Shown in pieces: positions 27,187 through 37,118 of a stretch of DNA of 64,000 nucleotides (its first letter is position 1; every line of letters begins with the position of its first letter). The notes under the pieces were generated by a model. The model was given only the letters and a program-made list of their open reading frames with translations, ran no database searches and was not told the origin of the DNA. The DNA comes from a virus. The stretch covers positions 9,410-73,409 of the IMG/VR virus record IMGVR_UViG_3300035687_000003, one strand, 5' to 3'. Made by a program: the position numbers and the translations under genes.

Positions 27187-27480
27187 ATGCGGACAATGAC
27201 GAACGCTGAAATCTTGCTGCCCCGCAGCGATCACCCGGTTATCGACTACACGCCGATCTTCATTGAGCAGATTCTATCCACCATCGGCGGGCATTTCGAC
27301 CGGCACCAGGTGACGCACCACGACCTCGTATTCGCGATCCGGCGGATCGAGAAGAAGCTGGACATGCTCGTGGCGGCCGTGCAGGGCCTTGCGCAACCAC
27401 GTAACGAACCGAGCGCCGAGCAGGCTAAGGCCCCGGACGCGCTTATCGTCACAGGCCCGTCTCCGGCTCCGCCGGAATGA
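27187..27480 (+). CDS. Hypothetical protein
   Basis: Coiled-coil IRRIEKKLDML. Confidence 0.5.
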   Translation: MRTMTNAEILLPRSDHPVIDYTPIFIEQILSTIGGHFDRHQVTHHDLVFAIRRIEKKLDMLVAAVQGLAQPRNEPSAEQAKAPDALIVTGPSPAPPE

Positions 27481-27497
27481 TTCAGGTGGTTGAGCAC

Positions 27498-27734
27498 TCA
27501 GGGCTGGAGTCGTATGTCTAGCCCTGAGTACTTCCTGACGCTACTGATTGCGTTCGGTATCCCGCGGTAGCTACAGCGGTGCACGCTAACGAACGCCACG
27601 CCGGCTGGCCCCACCACCCGCAGGTGCCCACTCGCCGTCAACGTCCAGGTTCCCCGCGCCGCTTCGACCGCTGTAGCGATCGCCCGGGCGTGCTTACTGA
27701 GCTTGTCCGGCCGGCTGCTGCATCTTCGTGGCAT
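27498..27734 (-). CDS. HicA-like small basic protein
   Basis: GTWTLTASGHLRVVGPAG...RGIPNAIS.VRK. Confidence 0.45.
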   Translation of the reverse strand: MPRRCSSRPDKLSKHARAIATAVEAARGTWTLTASGHLRVVGPAGVAFVSVHRCSYRGIPNAISSVRKYSGLDIRLQP

Positions 27735-27767
27735 GCCGCCATGGTCGCATAGGCAGCCGGGGCAGGG

Positions 27768-28274
27768 GTGATCATGTCTAGTGTCGATCCCTCCATAAGT
27801 CTGCCGTCGGACGTGCCGCCGCAGAACCATCAGCATGATCGGCTCGCCGGTCGCAACGGCGAGATCTGGCGGATGTACACCTCTGGCCTCACTCAGCAGG
27901 CCATCGCCGCGCGACTCGGCATGCACCAGAGCAGCGTGTCCAACGTGCTCAAACAGGTCCGCGATGCGTTGCCAGCTGACGAGCGTGACGACTGGCGGAT
28001 CATCGCGATTGAGACGCTACGGGAGCTGCACGCCGTGGCCGTGGAGATCGTCCGGTCCGACCCGCCGCCGACGTTCCACCAGGGGGAACCGTTGCGGGAC
28101 GAGAACGGCGAGATTGTGCGTGACGCGTCCACCCGTCTGGTCGCTATCGACCGGCTGATCCGTATCCAAGAGCGCGCTGCCCGGGCGCTCGGAACCGATT
28201 CGCCGGACAAGCTACAAGTGGGTGCGACTGTGCGTTACACGGTGAATGGGGTTGATCCGGAGGCGTTGAAGTGA
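27768..28274 (+). CDS. Terminase small subunit (HTH type)
   Basis: SGLTQQAIAARLGMHQSSVS; AIDRLIRIQERAARALG; directly before TerL. Confidence 0.75.
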   Translation: MIMSSVDPSISLPSDVPPQNHQHDRLAGRNGEIWRMYTSGLTQQAIAARLGMHQSSVSNVLKQVRDALPADERDDWRIIAIETLRELHAVAVEIVRSDPPPTFHQGEPLRDENGEIVRDASTRLVAIDRLIRIQERAARALGTDSPDKLQVGATVRYTVNGVDPEALK

Positions 28275-28275
28275 A

Positions 28276-29589
28276 GTGACTGCCACTATCACTCACGAAT
28301 ACACGCCGCGTGGCGCTGCGAAAGAGTTGTTTGTCCGGCGGGATCCTGAATTGCTTATCTGCGGTCCATCGGGGACTGGCAAGAGCCGGGCCGGACTCGA
28401 AAAGTTGCACATGATGGCGCTGCTCACTCCGGAAATGCGCGGTCTCATTGTTCGCAAGACGCGGGAAAGCCTCGGCACTTCGGCGCTGGTAACGTGGCGA
28501 AAGCATGTAGCGAAAGAAGCCATTGCAGCCGGGATCATGGACTTCTACGGTGGTTCAGCGGAGGAACCGGCGCAGTACCGATATAAGGAAAACGGTTCCA
28601 TTGTCGCTATTGCGGGGTTAGATAAGTCGTCTAAGGTGATGAGCACGGAATGGGATTCGATCTTTGTTCAAGAGGCGACAGAGCTCACGAAAGATGACTG
28701 GGAATCCCTGACCACCCGGCTCCGTAATGGTCGTACCTCATTTCAGCAGTTAAGCGCCGACTGCAATCCGGATGCGCCGACGCATTGGCTGAAGCAGCGA
28801 TGCAATGAGGGCACTACGGTGCTGCTGGAATCGCGACACGAGGACAATCCGCTCTACTTTGATGACAACGGGAGCATGACGCCCAAAGGCGTCGATTACA
28901 TCCGGGGGAAGCTCGACAAGCTCACTGGCGTGCGGTACCTGCGGCTACGTAAAGGTCTCTGGGTCGCCGCCGAGGGCATGATATTCGAGGACTGGGATCC
29001 GGCGGTCCACCTGGTCGACCGGTTCGAGATACCGGACTCATGGCCGAGATATTGGAGCGTTGACTTCGGGTTCACCCATTCTTTCGTCCTGACCCGGTGG
29101 ACCGTGGACCCGGACGGGCGGCTGTATTGCTACGGCGAGCAGCACCAGACGAAACGATTGGTCGAGAATCATGCCAGGGACACGCTGTCCATTGTGGCAC
29201 CCGGTGGGATATGGCGCGAGCCTAAGCCGCGGGCAATTGTCACAGATCACGCGGCGCAGGAACGGGCCACGTTAGAACTCCATCTCGGACTATCTACGGT
29301 ACCTGCCACTAAAGCGGTGGATGGCGGTATTCAGCTGGTAGCCGCCCGGATGCAACGCGCCGGGGACGGTAAACCTCGAATCTTCATTATGCGAGACAGT
29401 TTGCATTATCGTGATCCGGAGCTGGTAGAGGCCAGTCAACCCACGTGCTTAGCTGAGGAGATCCCCGGCTACTGCTGGCAGGAGAATAAAGAACGGCCAA
29501 TCAAGGAGCGCGATGATGCGGTCGACACAATGCGCTACGTCGTAGCTGAGCTGGACAGCGGTGTCCGGCCCCGCGTGCGATGGCTGTAG
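28276..29589 (+). CDS. Terminase large subunit
   Basis: GPSGTGKS; IVRKT; FVQEATE; DCNP; SVDFGF; DDAVDTMRY. Confidence 0.92.
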   Translation: MTATITHEYTPRGAAKELFVRRDPELLICGPSGTGKSRAGLEKLHMMALLTPEMRGLIVRKTRESLGTSALVTWRKHVAKEAIAAGIMDFYGGSAEEPAQYRYKENGSIVAIAGLDKSSKVMSTEWDSIFVQEATELTKDDWESLTTRLRNGRTSFQQLSADCNPDAPTHWLKQRCNEGTTVLLESRHEDNPLYFDDNGSMTPKGVDYIRGKLDKLTGVRYLRLRKGLWVAAEGMIFEDWDPAVHLVDRFEIPDSWPRYWSVDFGFTHSFVLTRWTVDPDGRLYCYGEQHQTKRLVENHARDTLSIVAPGGIWREPKPRAIVTDHAAQERATLELHLGLSTVPATKAVDGGIQLVAARMQRAGDGKPRIFIMRDSLHYRDPELVEASQPTCLAEEIPGYCWQENKERPIKERDDAVDTMRYVVAELDSGVRPRVRWL

Positions 29590-29599
29590 GGTGGTCGGC

Positions 29600-29896
29600 G
29601 TGACCATCTATTCGTCTGATTTGCGCTCTATTATCGATTCGCCGTTAGCGACAGCTGGAGCGGATCAATGTTCATCGTTGGATGGCTTCGGCACACCAGT
29701 AACAATTGAATACTGTGGTTACTTAATCCCGGCGAATGTCAGTGATACTCGATTCATGGAGTCGATGGCAATAATCAGTAACCGAGTCATTGAATCTGCA
29801 GTGAATCATCAAGACGCTTCCCGTCCCGACACTTCGCAACCCTACTTCCTAGATCTGATCGCCCGGATAGACGATGTAACCGGCGAGCGGGGGTAG
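29600..29896 (+). CDS. Hypothetical moron, leaderless, lower GC
   Basis: TAGGGT-N7-GTG. Confidence 0.45.
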   Translation: MTIYSSDLRSIIDSPLATAGADQCSSLDGFGTPVTIEYCGYLIPANVSDTRFMESMAIISNRVIESAVNHQDASRPDTSQPYFLDLIARIDDVTGERG

Positions 29897-29905
29897 CATC
29901 CTCGG

Positions 29906-30082
29906 ATGCCACGCACCCGTGTCACCTTGAGCTTCCTGGGCAACCCCGGCGTCGGTCCACTCGTGATCGTCGCGCTGTCCCTCGTCGCGGGGATTATCGG
30001 TGTTTGGGGCTATGACTGGCGCTGGGGCATGATCGCCATTATGGTCGCCGGCCTAGTGTTCGTGGCGACCACTGAGTGGTGA
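29906..30082 (+). CDS. Small two-TM membrane protein
   Basis: VIVALSLVAGIIGVWGYDWRWGMIAIMVAGLVF (manual translation). Confidence 0.55.
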   Translation: MPRTRVTLSFLGNPGVGPLVIVALSLVAGIIGVWGYDWRWGMIAIMVAGLVFVATTEW

Positions 30083-30096
30083 GCCCGATGGTCCCG

Positions 30097-30333
30097 CTAC
30101 CGTTTGTGAATCTTACGACCGCGGGGCGGTGGCCACACCATCTGCAGCCATGATCTCCGCCGCGGTTTGGCCGTGGTTAGTGAATAGATCCACTCCGCGA
30201 GGGTGGGTTTGCTCGGCGCCCGGTGCTTACCAGTCTTGCCGGGACCGAGGAGGATCACGGTTTCGCGGCTGGCAGATTCAGGTTCATTTAGCACAGTAGA
30301 CGTCGATTCTTCAGGGATTGTGGGGAACGCCAT
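30097..30333 (-). CDS. Hypothetical basic protein, antisense moron
   Basis: AGGAG RBS; GKHRA motif. Confidence 0.5.
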   Translation of the reverse strand: MAFPTIPEESTSTVLNEPESASRETVILLGPGKTGKHRAPSKPTLAEWIYSLTTAKPRRRSWLQMVWPPPRGRKIHKR

Positions 30334-30706
30334 TGATTCTCCTATTACCGATGTCGATGGCCTAGGCCGGGATGGGCGCAGCGTACTGGGCGGCTAGCTG
30401 CGGCTGATGGGTAGCTGAGACGGGAAGCTTAGCGTGTTACCACGGAGGTGCCCAATTGTGACCGAGGTCCGCAATATTGCTCCGGGTGTCTGGACGCGGC
30501 TACCAAACGGGATCACCATCATGCAACCGGACACGCCTCGCGAGGACGCGACGTGCACCGTGGCCAGTGACGGAACCGTGACGCTAAGCAGTGGTGCAAC
30601 GTGGCGCGTACGGGTGTGATCAATTAAGTGATGTAGGCTAGAACGATAAGTGCCCCGGTAGCGTGCCATCGCTCCGGGGCAGTCAACCTGGTCAGAGCAG
30701 GTCAAC

Positions 30707-31288
30707 GTGGACGAGTCTAGCTCAGCTGAACGATGGTTGCCGATCCCCGGCTGGATCGGTCTTTACGAAGCGTCGGATCTCGGCCGAGTCCGCAGCCTTG
30801 ATCGAGTTATGACACTTACCAATGGAGAGAAGCGCCGCTATCGGGGACGTGTGCTCGTCCAGTCCATAGATCACTACGATCGGCGAGTGGTGACACTCTA
30901 TTCAGCTGGGTTCAAGACAACACTGAAAGTGCATACTTTAGTGCTGAAAGCGTTTACCGGGCCCCGACCGCTGGGAATGGATGGTTGCCATAATGAGGAC
31001 AATCTAGCGGATAATCGAATAAGCAATTTGCGCTGGGATACCCGTCGTGAGAATGCGCTTGATACGCAGCGCCACGGAACCAACTATTACCGCAATTTGA
31101 TCAATTGCCCCTTTGGTCACCCGCTGAAGTCGCCGAATCTAGTGGCGTGTATTGCGGCGCAAGGTAAGCGATCGTGTTTAGCTTGCAGCCGGGCACGTGA
31201 AAGATATTGGTATTGGTCGCATCGCGGCGTTGAGTTGGACTATCAAGCCATGTCGGATGGGTATTACCGGAAGATCATCGCCACCTAG
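30707..31288 (+). CDS. NUMOD4/HNH endonuclease
   Basis: WLPIPGWIGLYEASDLGRVRS; VHTLVLKAF; CHNED..DNRISNLRWDTRREN. Confidence 0.92.
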   Translation: MDESSSAERWLPIPGWIGLYEASDLGRVRSLDRVMTLTNGEKRRYRGRVLVQSIDHYDRRVVTLYSAGFKTTLKVHTLVLKAFTGPRPLGMDGCHNEDNLADNRISNLRWDTRRENALDTQRHGTNYYRNLINCPFGHPLKSPNLVACIAAQGKRSCLACSRARERYWYWSHRGVELDYQAMSDGYYRKIIAT

Positions 31289-31317
31289 GCCAGATCACGG
31301 CTCCGGATAGGAGTCGT

Positions 31318-32583
31318 ATGCGTACCGCCCTGTCTGGCCTGCTGCGGCCCCGCAACGCGGACTTCCCCACCCGGCACATCACCGGCGGGCTGTCTCACCT
31401 CATGGGCTCCGGCGCGTCGCGCGTGATGGAAGCGCAGATGGCCGCGATGTCCAGTGTCTCGACACTGTTTGCCATCGTGGACCTCCTGGCCAACTCAGTG
31501 TCGATGGTCAACTGGCGGCTGTGGCGACTCGCGCTCAGCGGAAAGAAAGAAGACCGGGTAGAAGTCACCCGCCACCTTGCGCTGCAGGTGTTGAGCAAGC
31601 CTAACCCGTACATGCCGCGGCAGGAATACGTAGAGGTCGGTCAGCAGCATTTCGAGCTGACCGGTGAGAAGTGGACCGTCATCGTCTCCGACGGTCGTAT
31701 GAAAGGTGTCCCCACTGAGCTTTGGCCAATCCGTCCGGACCGCATGGAGCCGGTCCCGAGCAAAGAGGACTACCTGCACGGCTACATCTACACCGCCCCC
31801 GACGGAGAAAAGATCCCGCTGCAACTCGACCAGGTGATATTCGAGCGTCGGCCCAACCCACTGGACCCCTATCGCGGTATGGGGCCGGTGCAATCGCTGC
31901 TCACAGATCTCGACGCCTCGAAATACAGTGCACGATGGAACCGCAACTTCTTCCTTAACTCGGCCGAGCCCGGCGGCGTGATCGAGATTGACAAGCGGCT
32001 GTCAGATGAAGAGTGGGATGAGTTCACCTCCCGATGGAACGCGCAACACAAGGGCGTGGCGAACGCGCATCGGGTGGCGGTCATCGAATCCGGCAAGTGG
32101 GTGCCGCGCGCTTTCAGTCAGCGCGACATGCAATTTACGCAGCTCCGCATCATCACCCGCGACACCATCATGGAAGCGTTCCGGATTCATAAATCAATGC
32201 TGGGCATCGCCGATGACGTGAACCGCGCCAATGCCGCAACTTCACGGATCGTGTTCAGTGAGTCACAGCAGGTGCCGCGGTTGGAACGCATGAAGGGCTC
32301 CCTCAACGCGGAGTACTTGCCAATGTTCGGGAAGGCCGCAGCCGGGCTGGAGTTCGACTACGATTCGCCGGTTCCACCGAACGCTGAAGATGACCGGGCT
32401 GACCTCCTGGCCAACGCGCAAGCCGCGCTTCATTACATTCAGGCAGGGTACGACGGCCAATCCGTGATCGAAGCGTTGAGCTTGCCGGATTCCCTGGTCT
32501 GGAATGGACCCGCAGCACCTCCGCCTATCTCTGTTACCGCTGAGCGGGTAGCTCCGCTGAAAGCGATCAACGGGGCCACGTGA
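31318..32583 (+). CDS. HK97-family portal protein
   Basis: PNPYM; LWPIRPDRM; NPLDPYRGMGP; NFFLNSAEPGG; DMQF; NRANA. Confidence 0.92.
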   Translation: MRTALSGLLRPRNADFPTRHITGGLSHLMGSGASRVMEAQMAAMSSVSTLFAIVDLLANSVSMVNWRLWRLALSGKKEDRVEVTRHLALQVLSKPNPYMPRQEYVEVGQQHFELTGEKWTVIVSDGRMKGVPTELWPIRPDRMEPVPSKEDYLHGYIYTAPDGEKIPLQLDQVIFERRPNPLDPYRGMGPVQSLLTDLDASKYSARWNRNFFLNSAEPGGVIEIDKRLSDEEWDEFTSRWNAQHKGVANAHRVAVIESGKWVPRAFSQRDMQFTQLRIITRDTIMEAFRIHKSMLGIADDVNRANAATSRIVFSESQQVPRLERMKGSLNAEYLPMFGKAAAGLEFDYDSPVPPNAEDDRADLLANAQAALHYIQAGYDGQSVIEALSLPDSLVWNGPAAPPPISVTAERVAPLKAINGAT

Positions 32584-32624
32584 CCGCTACTGCCGCATGG
32601 CCACTTCAGCTATAGTGTGGCACT

Positions 32625-32840
32625 ATGAGTTACATTCGGTTCGGAGAAGAAGATAGCTCAGTCTATGTGTACGAGCACGTGAACGGTTGGATCGACTGCT
32701 GCGGATGTTCGATTCTGCCGGACTGCGGCAAGTTCTACACGAGCGAAGCCGCTGCGGCGCATTTAAGAGAGCATCTGGCGGCAGGAGACCATGTGCCGGA
32801 CTCGGTGTTCGACGACGTGAAGTATCGACCGCAACGTTAA
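32625..32840 (+). CDS. Small leaderless moron protein
   Basis: TAGTGT-N6-ATG; MSYIRF..SSVYVY..CCGC..HLREH..GDHVP. Confidence 0.65.
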   Translation: MSYIRFGEEDSSVYVYEHVNGWIDCCGCSILPDCGKFYTSEAAAAHLREHLAAGDHVPDSVFDDVKYRPQR

Positions 32841-32845
32841 CCAAA

Positions 32846-33340
32846 CTACAGAGTTGCCTTCATGGCCGCAATTGCTTCAGCAGTAAATTGCCATACGAAT
32901 GGCGGATCGTTAAGTGAATCCAGTGCATGGAAACGCATCGAAGTGTGACTGAACTCTATTATGCCGCCAGGTGGTCGTGTAAATTTACATGGATACCAAC
33001 CGGTGAGTTTGGACAATAACAATACTTGTTCCCAGGTGGGATAAAGAACACCAGCTTCCCACATGTCAACGTCGGGTTCAGTTGTGCCACATGCTATGTC
33101 GACTTCCGGTCCATCCAGACAGTGAAAGTCAAGCGACATAGTAATGTAGTGGGGAACGAGCAGGCCAGCGGCCCATTTTGCTTTAGCTGTCCTATCGGAC
33201 GCCGTACGACTCTCTTGTTTACGAGTTCGCTCAGCTGTGGATCGAAAGTCTCTGCTCTGCATTTCCCGCGAGGTCAGCTGTACCCCAGCCTTGCCCCATC
33301 TTCGTTTCGCTGATTGAGGACCACTCTTACCTGAAGTCAT
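32846..33340 (-). CDS. Antisense moron with XRE-like HTH
   Basis: TAGAAT-N7-ATG; EVDIACG..VDMWEAGVLYPTWEQVLLLSKLT. Confidence 0.6.
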   Translation of the reverse strand: MTSGKSGPQSAKRRWGKAGVQLTSREMQSRDFRSTAERTRKQESRTASDRTAKAKWAAGLLVPHYITMSLDFHCLDGPEVDIACGTTEPDVDMWEAGVLYPTWEQVLLLSKLTGWYPCKFTRPPGGIIEFSHTSMRFHALDSLNDPPFVWQFTAEAIAAMKATL

Positions 33341-33360
33341 ACCGCCTATTCTACATTATT

Positions 33361-34749
33361 ATGAAAGTGGCCGAAATGCAGACGGTAGTAAACGGCGCGC
33401 TATCGGTGCACCATACTGATACGGTCGACACTCCCTGGGATGCGACGGCTGCGGTCGCGGCGATGCCGAATGATCCGGCGGTACTGAAATACTGCCACGC
33501 CTGGGTAGACAGTAACGGTAAGCCTGACGCTAAGGGTAGCTACAAGTTCCCGCACGCGACGAAAGACGGCGGACCCGCGAACCTGGCAGCCTGCCGCAAC
33601 GGACTCGCGCGCTTACCCGGATCGAACATCCCCGCCGCGGACAAGCCCGGTGTGGAGCGGCACCTGAAAGCGCACCTCGCCGACGGTGGCAGTGACGCCG
33701 ACAACCATCACCACCATCACGTCACGGGAGGTGGCCGCATGGATGCGCAACGCCGTGAGTGGTTCCAGATCCGCAACGCTGACGACGGGCCGACGCAAGT
33801 TTACTTGTACGACGAGATCGGCGGTGGCGGATGGTTGAGCGACGGCATCGCCGCAGCGGATTTCGTGACTGAGCTGACCGCTATCAAGGCCAGCGCGATC
33901 GACCTGCACATCAATTCACCTGGTGGTGACGTATTCGATGCGATCGCCATCTACAATGCGTTGCGTCGGCACCCGGCGACCGTGACATCCTACATCGACG
34001 GTATCGCCGCGTCAGCTGCATCATTCATCGCGCAAGCCGGCGACAAAGTAGTGATCGAACGCAACGCGCAATTCATGCTGCATGACGCCAGTGGGATGTG
34101 CTGGGGTAACGCCGCGGACATGGCGAAGATGGTGGATCTGCTCAATAAAGCGTCCGACAATATCGCGGACATCTACGCGCAGCGCTCCGGTGTTGACCAG
34201 TCAACGTGGCGTGACGTGATGAAGGCCGAGGCCTGGTACTCCAGCTCTGAGGCAGTGCTCGCCGGCCTTGCGGACAGCGTGGCCGAGCAGCCGGTGACCA
34301 CCGACGCCCGGTTGCGCGACGTGTCCCGGTTCGACCTGAAGGCCCTAGGTGCCCGCTACGCAAGCCGCGGCGAGGCTCCGGACCCGCCGCTGCCGTCGAT
34401 GCGATTGGCAGCCGCGACGCGCGATCTAGCGCCCGCCGTGGCCGATTCTGGGCTCACCGCTCCCGCCGCTGCGGTGACGCACTCGGTTCCGCGCCCAGCT
34501 GCGCATGCTGAGTCGGACGTGATGGTGGCGCAAGCTCCGGCTCGCACGTTGACCGCGTTCGAGCAGGAGATCGTCGACGTGGTGCGCAGTGGGTTCCGGG
34601 CCAGGCAAGAGCCGCCCACGCCACCACCGGTAGCGCTGGAGCCTGCGCTCGTGGACGAGCCTGTGTCCACCGCAGCACCGGAAGGTTTAGCGCCGTTCGA
34701 TCCGGCTGTCTTTCGTGCCGCGGTGAAAGCCGGGTTGCGGGCCCACTAG
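33361..34749 (+). CDS. ClpP-type head maturation protease with extra N-terminal domain
   Basis: HINSPGGDVFDAIAIYN; IDGIAASAASFI; FMLHD; EAVLAGLAD. Confidence 0.9.
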   Translation: MKVAEMQTVVNGALSVHHTDTVDTPWDATAAVAAMPNDPAVLKYCHAWVDSNGKPDAKGSYKFPHATKDGGPANLAACRNGLARLPGSNIPAADKPGVERHLKAHLADGGSDADNHHHHHVTGGGRMDAQRREWFQIRNADDGPTQVYLYDEIGGGGWLSDGIAAADFVTELTAIKASAIDLHINSPGGDVFDAIAIYNALRRHPATVTSYIDGIAASAASFIAQAGDKVVIERNAQFMLHDASGMCWGNAADMAKMVDLLNKASDNIADIYAQRSGVDQSTWRDVMKAEAWYSSSEAVLAGLADSVAEQPVTTDARLRDVSRFDLKALGARYASRGEAPDPPLPSMRLAAATRDLAPAVADSGLTAPAAAVTHSVPRPAAHAESDVMVAQAPARTLTAFEQEIVDVVRSGFRARQEPPTPPPVALEPALVDEPVSTAAPEGLAPFDPAVFRAAVKAGLRAH

Positions 34750-34841
34750 TTCTCAACATGTAACCGATTCGCTATTCACGACCTCACCTGCCGGCGGGGT
34801 TATTCAGCATGACTAAACCCGCTCGGGGAGGATAACGAACA

Positions 34842-36191
34842 ATGACCGCGCCCACGCTTGCCATTCCCACCAACTCCACGGAGCTGGAAGAGTGGATCGG
34901 CGACTCCGCACGGATGCAGACCGTGCTCGCCGATAAAGCCAAGTTCCAGGAACTCATTCAGAACTACGTGGCCACGATCCGGGATAAGGATCCCGCGATC
35001 CAGGCGCAGATCGAGCAGCAGAAAACCGATCTGATCAATGCGCACATTGAGACCGAAGTGCAGCTCGCGCTGGCGAACGCGCTGAAAGATGACCGCAAGC
35101 TGACTCGCCCAGACATGACGCCGGCCCCCGTCGGCCGCCAGAAAGGTGTCTACCCGCGCGCGTTGGGATCCTCGGTCAACGGGGTATTCGATAGCGCGGT
35201 CGACCTGTTCGAGGCCGTGTACCGGGGCACTCCGGCGGATAAGCTTGCGCAGCTGCGCAACGCTTTCGGTTCCCAGGTGCCGTCGGATGGTGGGTTCCTG
35301 ATTCCCGAAGTGCTGCGAGCCGAGCTTATGCGGGTGGCGCTGGAGTCCGCAGTGGTCCGGCCGCGGGCCCGGGTAGTGCCGATGGACAGCCTGCGCGTGC
35401 CGTTCCCAATGATTGACTCCAGCACCGACGTGGGCAGTGTATTCGGTGGCGTCACGGCCTACTGGACGCAAGAGGGTGCCAGCCTCAACATCGTCAGTCC
35501 GTCGTTTGGCCGCGTGGTGCTGGACGCCAAGAAGCTGACGATCTACACCGAGGTCCCGAATGAGCTGATCCAGGACTCGGCGATCTCCATTGAGCCGCTG
35601 ATTAACGAGCTCATGCCGGAAGCGTTGAGCTTCTATGAAGACGACGGTTTCATCAACGGCAACGGCGCTGGTGTGCCACTCGGGTTCATCAACGCTGACG
35701 CCGCGGTGCAGGTGGCGAAGGTGGTAGGCCAGACCGCAGCGTCTATCCTCTGGGAAAACATTGTTGGATGCTACGCCCGTATGATCCCCTCTTCGCTGGG
35801 CCGGGCCGTGTGGGTTTGCTCTATCGACACCTTCCCTGAGTTGGCCACCATGGCACTGTCGGTGGGTACTGGCGGAAGTGCGATCTGGATTAACAACGGC
35901 ACTGTGGGGCCGCCGATGACGATCTTGGGCAGGCCAGTCTTGTTCACCGAAAAGACGCCTGCGCTTGGCTTGGCCGGGGACGTTAATTTCGTCGACCTTG
36001 GCTACTACCTGGTGGGCGATAGGATGGCGATGAGCGTGGCACGGTCCGATGACTACCGGTTCGGCAATGACGTGGTTGCGCTTAGGGTGATTGAGCGTGT
36101 GGACGGAAGACCTTGGATCTCCAGCTCCATCGTTCCACGCAACGGTGGCCCTTCGCTCTCACCGTTTGTCAAGATCAGCGTGCGGTCCTGA
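34842..36191 (+). CDS. Major capsid protein, HK97 fold
   Basis: SDGGFLIPE; WTQEG; KKLTIYTEVPNELIQDS; GNGAGVPLG; ILGRPV; ERVDGRP. Confidence 0.93.
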   Translation: MTAPTLAIPTNSTELEEWIGDSARMQTVLADKAKFQELIQNYVATIRDKDPAIQAQIEQQKTDLINAHIETEVQLALANALKDDRKLTRPDMTPAPVGRQKGVYPRALGSSVNGVFDSAVDLFEAVYRGTPADKLAQLRNAFGSQVPSDGGFLIPEVLRAELMRVALESAVVRPRARVVPMDSLRVPFPMIDSSTDVGSVFGGVTAYWTQEGASLNIVSPSFGRVVLDAKKLTIYTEVPNELIQDSAISIEPLINELMPEALSFYEDDGFINGNGAGVPLGFINADAAVQVAKVVGQTAASILWENIVGCYARMIPSSLGRAVWVCSIDTFPELATMALSVGTGGSAIWINNGTVGPPMTILGRPVLFTEKTPALGLAGDVNFVDLGYYLVGDRMAMSVARSDDYRFGNDVVALRVIERVDGRPWISSSIVPRNGGPSLSPFVKISVRS

Positions 36192-36290
36192 TCAAGATGA
36201 GTGCGCTATCTAGTACTGTACCATGAGCGCATAAGGTCCCGGCGAGCGCAACAACGCTCCCGGGACGTGGCCGATCGGTAAGGGATCGAC

Positions 36291-37118
36291 ATGACTCAGG
36301 GTAGCAGGAGTTCAGCGGGCAGGGAACAGTCTCCATGGTCTTCGGCGAAGTCTTCATGGTCCGCCATGAAGAGGCGTTGTAACTACACTGGCAGTATCAA
36401 CTACAAGTATTACGGTGGCCGAGGCATCAAGGTTTGTGATCGGTGGATGAAGTTCGAGAACTTCTATACCGACATGGGCGAACGTCCGGTTGGACATGAG
36501 CTTAGCCGCATCGACAATGACGGCGATTATGAGCCTGGTAACGTAGTCTGGGAATTGAAACTCAAGAATCTCGCAGATCGAAATGAGCGAGGTAAATGGA
36601 AGACTAGAGGATACGGCCTAGGCGCAGAAGAACGACGTGGGCAAGTTCGGTCTTACCACTCATGGAATAGTATGCGGAGCCAGTGCAATAACCCGAATGA
36701 CCCTAAATACTATTGTTATGGTGGATGCGGAATCATTGTGCACCCGCGCTGGGACAGCTTTGACGATTTCTACGCAGATATGGGCGCCAGACCAGTCAAC
36801 ATGGTATTAGGGCGAATCGATAAAAGCGGTAATTTCGAACTTGATAACTGCCGCTGGATGACGCCTAAGGAACGGTCTGCTAATCAGCGACCGCAACGTC
36901 GACGCGATATCTGCAAGAATGGTCATAAGTTCGCCGAAGTGGGCGTCTATGAACGTCAGAGCGGAAAATATTTTGTGCGACAGTGCAAGCAATGTGCGCT
37001 AGATAGAGCTAATGCGCGACATATCGCGATGACGCCGGAACAGAAGCTAGCGGATAACGAACGACGTAATGTGAATCGCCGTAAACGTATGGCGGCTCGC
37101 TGCGAACGTTCGGAGTAA
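36291..37118 (+). CDS. HNH-type endonuclease with two tandem nuclease-like repeats and C-terminal Cys domain
   Basis: SW..M..RC..YYGGRGIKVC.RW..F..DMGERP..RID..G.YE..N twice; CKNGH..CKQC. Confidence 0.85.
   Translation: MTQGSRSSAGREQSPWSSAKSSWSAMKRRCNYTGSINYKYYGGRGIKVCDRWMKFENFYTDMGERPVGHELSRIDNDGDYEPGNVVWELKLKNLADRNERGKWKTRGYGLGAEERRGQVRSYHSWNSMRSQCNNPNDPKYYCYGGCGIIVHPRWDSFDDFYADMGARPVNMVLGRIDKSGNFELDNCRWMTPKERSANQRPQRRRDICKNGHKFAEVGVYERQSGKYFVRQCKQCALDRANARHIAMTPEQKLADNERRNVNRRKRMAARCERSE

Noticed and set aside
28276-36191. Inteins or introns in terminase, portal or capsid
   Set aside because: Normal lengths and continuous motifs
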